Source: the human T2T-CHM13v2.0 reference genome, Homo sapiens
NCBI RefSeq assembly: GCF_009914755.1
Contig: NC_060932.1
DNA length: 64,000 nucleotides
Strand: one strand, 5' to 3'
A model generated the notes under the pieces. It was not told where the DNA came from. It did no database searches and saw nothing but the letters and a program-made list of their open reading frames with translations. Positions 59,021 to 64,000 of this stretch are shown here, piece after piece (position 1 is the first letter of the stretch; the number at the start of each line of letters is the position of its first letter). The position numbers and the translations under genes were made by a program.

Positions 59021-59674
59021 GCATACTGAATTATATAGCATCAAAGAGTAAGGGTAACTTGCTTGAACTCGGAGTTCACTTTCTTCCAGGCCTTCAATGA
59101 GAACTGATACCTGACTAAAGAATTCTTAGTGCAAATTGTTATCCCAAGGAAAGACAGAAACCATCTATTGTGATCAATTAGGCTCCACAGATAGTTCAGA
59201 TTCCTGGGTGCTCAGAGGTAAAGGGGACTGTGATTTATATTCTCACTGATCAAATGAGGGAAGGTATTTTCATGCTTATCTCCTAAGTTCTCTTTAGTTT
59301 TTAGAGCTGGGAATGGATGACTAGGCAACACATCCAATTAGCTGCAGAGAAGGCATAAATGTGCTGAGTTTAGTTGAATAATAAAAGTGAATCTTCATGC
59401 CTTGTGTAATTCCAGTAGTGCTGCCTGGTAAAAGGACCCCTTCACTCCCTGCTGCTCCCTTCTTTGCTCTTTGCTCTCTCCCCTGTCCCTTTTCCTGTGA
59501 GAGAGAAAGACCAGCAGGTTTCATTGCTATCAAAACAGTAGCTTTCAGTCCCCTACCCTTTCCAGAACCTGCAAAACAGCTCCCCAAACCCTGTCCATTC
59601 CACTTCCTGACCACTGAAAAGCTCCCTCTTGTCACCCTCTTGGGCTCCAGCATGGAAGCAAGCAGGGAACAGGC

Positions 59675-59710
59675 GTGTGTGTGTGTTGTGTGTGTGTGTA
59701 GTGTGTGTGT
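59675..59710. repeat. Imperfect (TG)n microsatellite
   Basis: Visible run. Confidence 0.85.
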
Positions 59711-60073
59711 GGCCACACCTGCACCAAGGTTAGTAAGGCAACGTTCACTGCCTTGCTTCCATGCTAGTTAAAATCTCTGGCTGCAGGAAATATGATTGGA
59801 AATTATTCCACAAACAGCTGAGTATTATTAACTAAATTAAATGGAAGGCACCCCTTTGGTTAAGGCTCAAGTGTCATTAACTCAATGAATTAAGGTGGCA
59901 ATCACATGACCTCAGTGGAAAATGAGAATCACATAGATTTGCTGAGATGCAAATACACATTTACTCTTTTTCCCTTGAATTTTTTTTCATTTGCATGTCT
60001 CACTTTTTTGAATATTTCAATCATTAATACAGTGTACCCATTTGGGGGAGAAAGTTTGTATAACAAGAATAAC

Positions 60074-60378
60074 AGGCCAGGTGCAGTGGTTCACGCCTGT
60101 AATCCCAGCACTTTCAGAGGCTGAGGCGGAAGAATCAATTGAGGCCAGAAGTTTAAGAGCAGCCCAAGCAACACAGCAAGACCCTGCCTCTACAAAAATA
60201 ATTTTAAAAATTATCCAGGTGTGGTGGTGCGCACCTATGATCTTAGCTACTCAAGAAGCTGAGGCAGAGGATTGCTTGAAACCAGGAGTTGGAGGTTACA
60301 GTGAGCTATGATTGCTCCACTTCACTGCAGCCTGGGTAATATGGTGATACAGTCTCAAAAAGGAAAAAAAAAAAAAAA
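60074..60378 (+). mobile_element. Alu (AluJ-like)
   Basis: TSD aagaat(a/g)aca. Confidence 0.9.
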
Positions 60379-61816
60379 GAATGACATGGAAACTCTGCCC
60401 ATATTTTAGATTGGGACAGATTGACCTAACCTAACATAGGAGCAATGAGGGTTTCCTTTTCTCTCCTCCAGTGTCAATTTAACTCTGTCATTAAAGAAAT
60501 AGGTTGGTTTTCAGGGGCCTATCTGCAAATGCTAATCTTTACTGTGATAAGCAAGAAATCTAAATGCTATTTGTTTCAGAGTATTTTCCATTAACATCAA
60601 ACCCAGTTGATAACTCACCTTGTGTCATAAAACAATTCACATAGATCTTAGGATTAGTAGACCTTTGAAGAGAGTGTCAATCAAGATATGGCCACTGTGT
60701 GCCCTACTGCTCCTAAGTCCTGCTGGAGATTGGCTTCTCCTAGTTGTCCGGCAATTCTAGATTATTTATTAACAACGCTTGGGCATATGAGTCCCGCTTG
60801 TCCAATGAGCATATGATGAAATTTCAACTCACTCCATTAGACCACGTCACCAGCCAGTAGAAGATGCCCTTTAGAATTAACCTGATGTGGTTAGGTTAAG
60901 TCAATACGATGTTTATCACTTGCTTGTTTAATTCTTGTTTGATCTTCGCTAAGGATGAGATTTGGGCAGTTCCTTACAGTTGTGTGTCCAAGAATTGGAA
61001 GCCCAGCAAGGAAGATATCCTTGGAAAAGCTGAAGCAAGAAATAAAGAGAGAAGTGGGTTTTGGAAGACATTGAAGGAAATCACATCCTATCTTCCAAAA
61101 GGATGTGGAGCTAGTTTTACGTCTCTCTTTAACAACCCGGGTGACAGAGACCGGTAACTTAGGCTCCCCGGGCATGTTTACCCTCTTATTTCATGAGGAG
61201 ATCAAACTAGATATTTTCTTTAAGTCTCTTCCATTAGTTAATCAGTACATTAGTTATTCAAATGGATTTCTGGCTGTTCTCCAGCCTCGGGCTGATCCAG
61301 ACCGGCAATACTGCATTTACCATTCCCCAGGCAAGGCACTTCCCCAAACCCACGATCTTCCCACTGAGGGGCCTTCCCCCACAACAGGACCAGCTCAGGT
61401 GACAGTGCTTTCAGAGGCCTTCCCATGGGCCCCACTCCTGCAGACTTTCTGAGCCTTCTTCCTGCTGCATTTTGGACAGCATGCATCACCATGGGAACTC
61501 CAGCAGCTCACATTTCGGATCCTGCAGACTTGTGCTTGTCTTTCTCGCTAGTTGTCAGCATGGGTGGGCAGGGTCTTTCTCTCTCCTTCACGGCCATGCC
61601 CACCCAAGCTGACCAGGTACCTGGTTTCCAGTGGGGCTCAGCTACTATTGGTTGAACGAATGCTCAAAGAATGAATGTGCCACTTCTGTATCACATGATT
61701 GTTTATCTGTGCTCTGACTACCAATCAATTTAGCTATTTCAGTGACTATCTCTCTGACAACAATTTGATTTCATTGCCTTTGAGAATCCATGTTTGTATT
61801 TCTTAAAAGTGTAAGC

Positions 61817-62117
61817 GGCCGGCCGCGGTGGCTCATGCCTATAATCCCAGCACTTTGGGAGGCCGAGGCGGGCGGATCACGAGGTCGGGAGATCGAGACC
61901 ATCCTGGCTAAGACGGTGAAACCCTGTTTCTACTAAAAAAAATACAAAAAAATTAGCCGGGCTTGGTGGCGGGCGCCTGTAGTCCCAGCTACTGGGGAGG
62001 CTGAGGCAGGAGAATGGCGTGAACCCAGGAGGCGAAGCTTGCAGTGAGTGGAGATCGCGCCACTGTGCTTCAGCATGGGAGACAGGGCAAGACTCCGTCT
62101 CAAAAAAAAAAAAAAAA
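61817..62117 (+). mobile_element. AluY
   Basis: gatcacgaggtc, gagaccatcctggctaa, gaatggcgtgaacc; many CpGs retained; TSD aaaagtgtaagc. Confidence 0.95.
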
Positions 62118-62129
62118 GTGTAAGCTTTG

Positions 62130-62260
62130 TTTTTATAATCTTTTAATTGCAAAATAAAGCCAAATATATAGAAAATATCTAAGTATAGGACAAAGAAACC
62201 TTGTATAACCTTCACTCAAATTCACCAATGTTTAACATTTTGACACATCTATTTGAGCTT

Positions 62261-62291
<31 letters not shown>

Positions 62292-63270
62292 TTATATATT
62301 TTTTTCTGAAGCATTTGAATGTAAGTTGCCTATATCATGTCCGTGTGTATTTTCCAACAGTAGGAATTTTTTCTTACATATCTACAGCTTAGTTATCAAA
62401 TTTAAATAATTTAAATTTGGTACAGTACTTCTATCCAATAGGCGTTTCATATTCCTGTTTCTTAATTATCCCAATAAAGTCCTTAATAGCAATTTTATTT
62501 CTGATATAAGATCCAGTCCAGGATCATTTGTTTTCGTGTCATGAATCTTCTAAAATTTGGAACAACTCCTCAGTCTTTGTCTTTTACCATCAATATCTTT
62601 GAAGAATACAGGACACTTACTTTATAGAGTGTCTTTCAATTTGGGTTTCTCTGATTTTTTTATGGTTAGTTTTGTGTGTGCCTTTTTGGCTAGAAGCCTG
62701 CATAAGTAATATTCTCAGGGCATCCCACCTGGAAGCACATGTTGTCCATTCATTTGCCTCATTTTGGTAATGTTAATTTTGATTAGTTAGTTAAGGTGGT
62801 GTTTGCTTTTTCACAGCATGGTTACTATTTCTCTTTCTTAGTTACTAGCCACCTTGTTGGAAGATACTCTGAGACTATCTTGTTCTTCATCAAACTCTCT
62901 GCTCCAGATTTAGATTTATTGATGATTCTTGTCTGAATCAGTTTTTACTATAATAGTTGCAAAATGATGTTTTAAAAACCCTTTTTTCTCTTCTGTATTA
63001 GTTAGCTTTCTACCTAAGGAAGAGCTTTCCCTTTTTCCTTTTCTTTCCTTCCTTCCTTTTTTCCTTCTTTCCTTCCTTGCCTCCCTCCCTCCCCCCTCTC
63101 TCCCTCCCTCCCTCCCTCTCTTTTTTCTCCCTCCCTCCCTCCCTCCCTGTCTGCCTGCCTATTACCACATGGACTCATGAATTCGTACCCTATTGAATGG
63201 GTTATAAGTAATTACTTTCTTCCTTTATTTTGATACTAAAGTTGTTGACTATTTGGTCAGTAGGAGCCTT
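62130..63270 (-). mobile_element. L1MC4/5-like 3' fragment with internal CT-rich repeats
   Basis: ttctgaagcatttgaatgtaagttgc, ccagtccaggatca, gttaattttgattagttagttaaggtggtg. Confidence 0.7.
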
Positions 63271-64000
63271 GAAATGTGTTTGTGTGTTGAATAGTACAAT
63301 AAAATTTCAACCAAAAACCTATGTTTTTCCTGTGATTAATTATTCAAGGAAAATAAATGTATATCATTTAAATAGAGCCTATAATATAATTTTAAAATTT
63401 CTACAGCTGATTTGGAAAATGGTTACTATTTCTGACATAATTGTATTGCAATTTACATTTCTCCTATTATAATCTTCTGAGGCAGCCCATTTTATTACTG
63501 AACAGTTCTACTTAATCCATTTATTCAAAATGTTATTGAGTGTCTATAATGATTAAAATAGAGGTAATAGAAAGGCAAACAATGGTTTAAGTCTACATGA
63601 GTTGTTTTTGTATTCTAACCAAACCATAGAATCTCAGTTATAGTTTTATATGCCTGTGAAATTTTATTTATTTTGAGGATTTCAATTTTATTGTTTCCTT
63701 CTACACACACTTGTATATTACAGATTTTTCTTTTAGAATCAGGATATTGCTAAAATCACTTTAGGGATGAAAATAAAACATTTGAAATCTAAAACATGTT
63801 TGGGTCATATTATGACTATATCTTGTGCATTCATTTCTATTATGGAGAACCTATCCTTCTGATGTGTAAGTTCCTCTAGACTAGCTTGCTGAAGCTGTTC
63901 TCAGAAAACGGGTGTCTTAGGCATATTATACCTTTATTAATCTAGAATGTGTTCTATCGTCCTATTCTGCGAGGATCAGGCCACTTCTGAAATCCCGAAA

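Overview
Primate (human-like) genomic DNA, intronic or intergenic. I found no credible protein-coding gene, RNA gene, CpG island or CRISPR array. Most ORFs in the supplied track are read-throughs of Alu, L1 or low-complexity sequence. The window is dominated by transposon fossils: about 34 Alu copies or fragments, a near full-length ~7 kb ancient L1MC1-like LINE with recognisable ORF1/EN/RT remnants, several truncated L1M/L1PB, MIR and L2 fragments, Tigger-family DNA elements (MER82, Tigger3b, two MER2), hAT elements (MER20, a Zaphod-like element with a transposase dimerisation-domain remnant), a MADE1 mariner MITE and two THE1 LTRs. Subfamily names are from recalled consensus features, not a database search. 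The most notable structures are (i) a 101-bp copy of a locus-specific chimeric Alu junction placed 1.2 kb from its donor, consistent with a templated insertion, (ii) a THE1C-like LTR inserted 8 bp into a THE1D-like LTR inside an L1PB, with both 5-bp LTR TSDs and an approximate L1 TSD readable and two DUX4-type motifs, (iii) other multi-level nests, (iv) a sense Alu with a T16 linker, and (v) motif clusters suggesting muscle and endoderm enhancers. I see no sequence support for a wholly new biological system.
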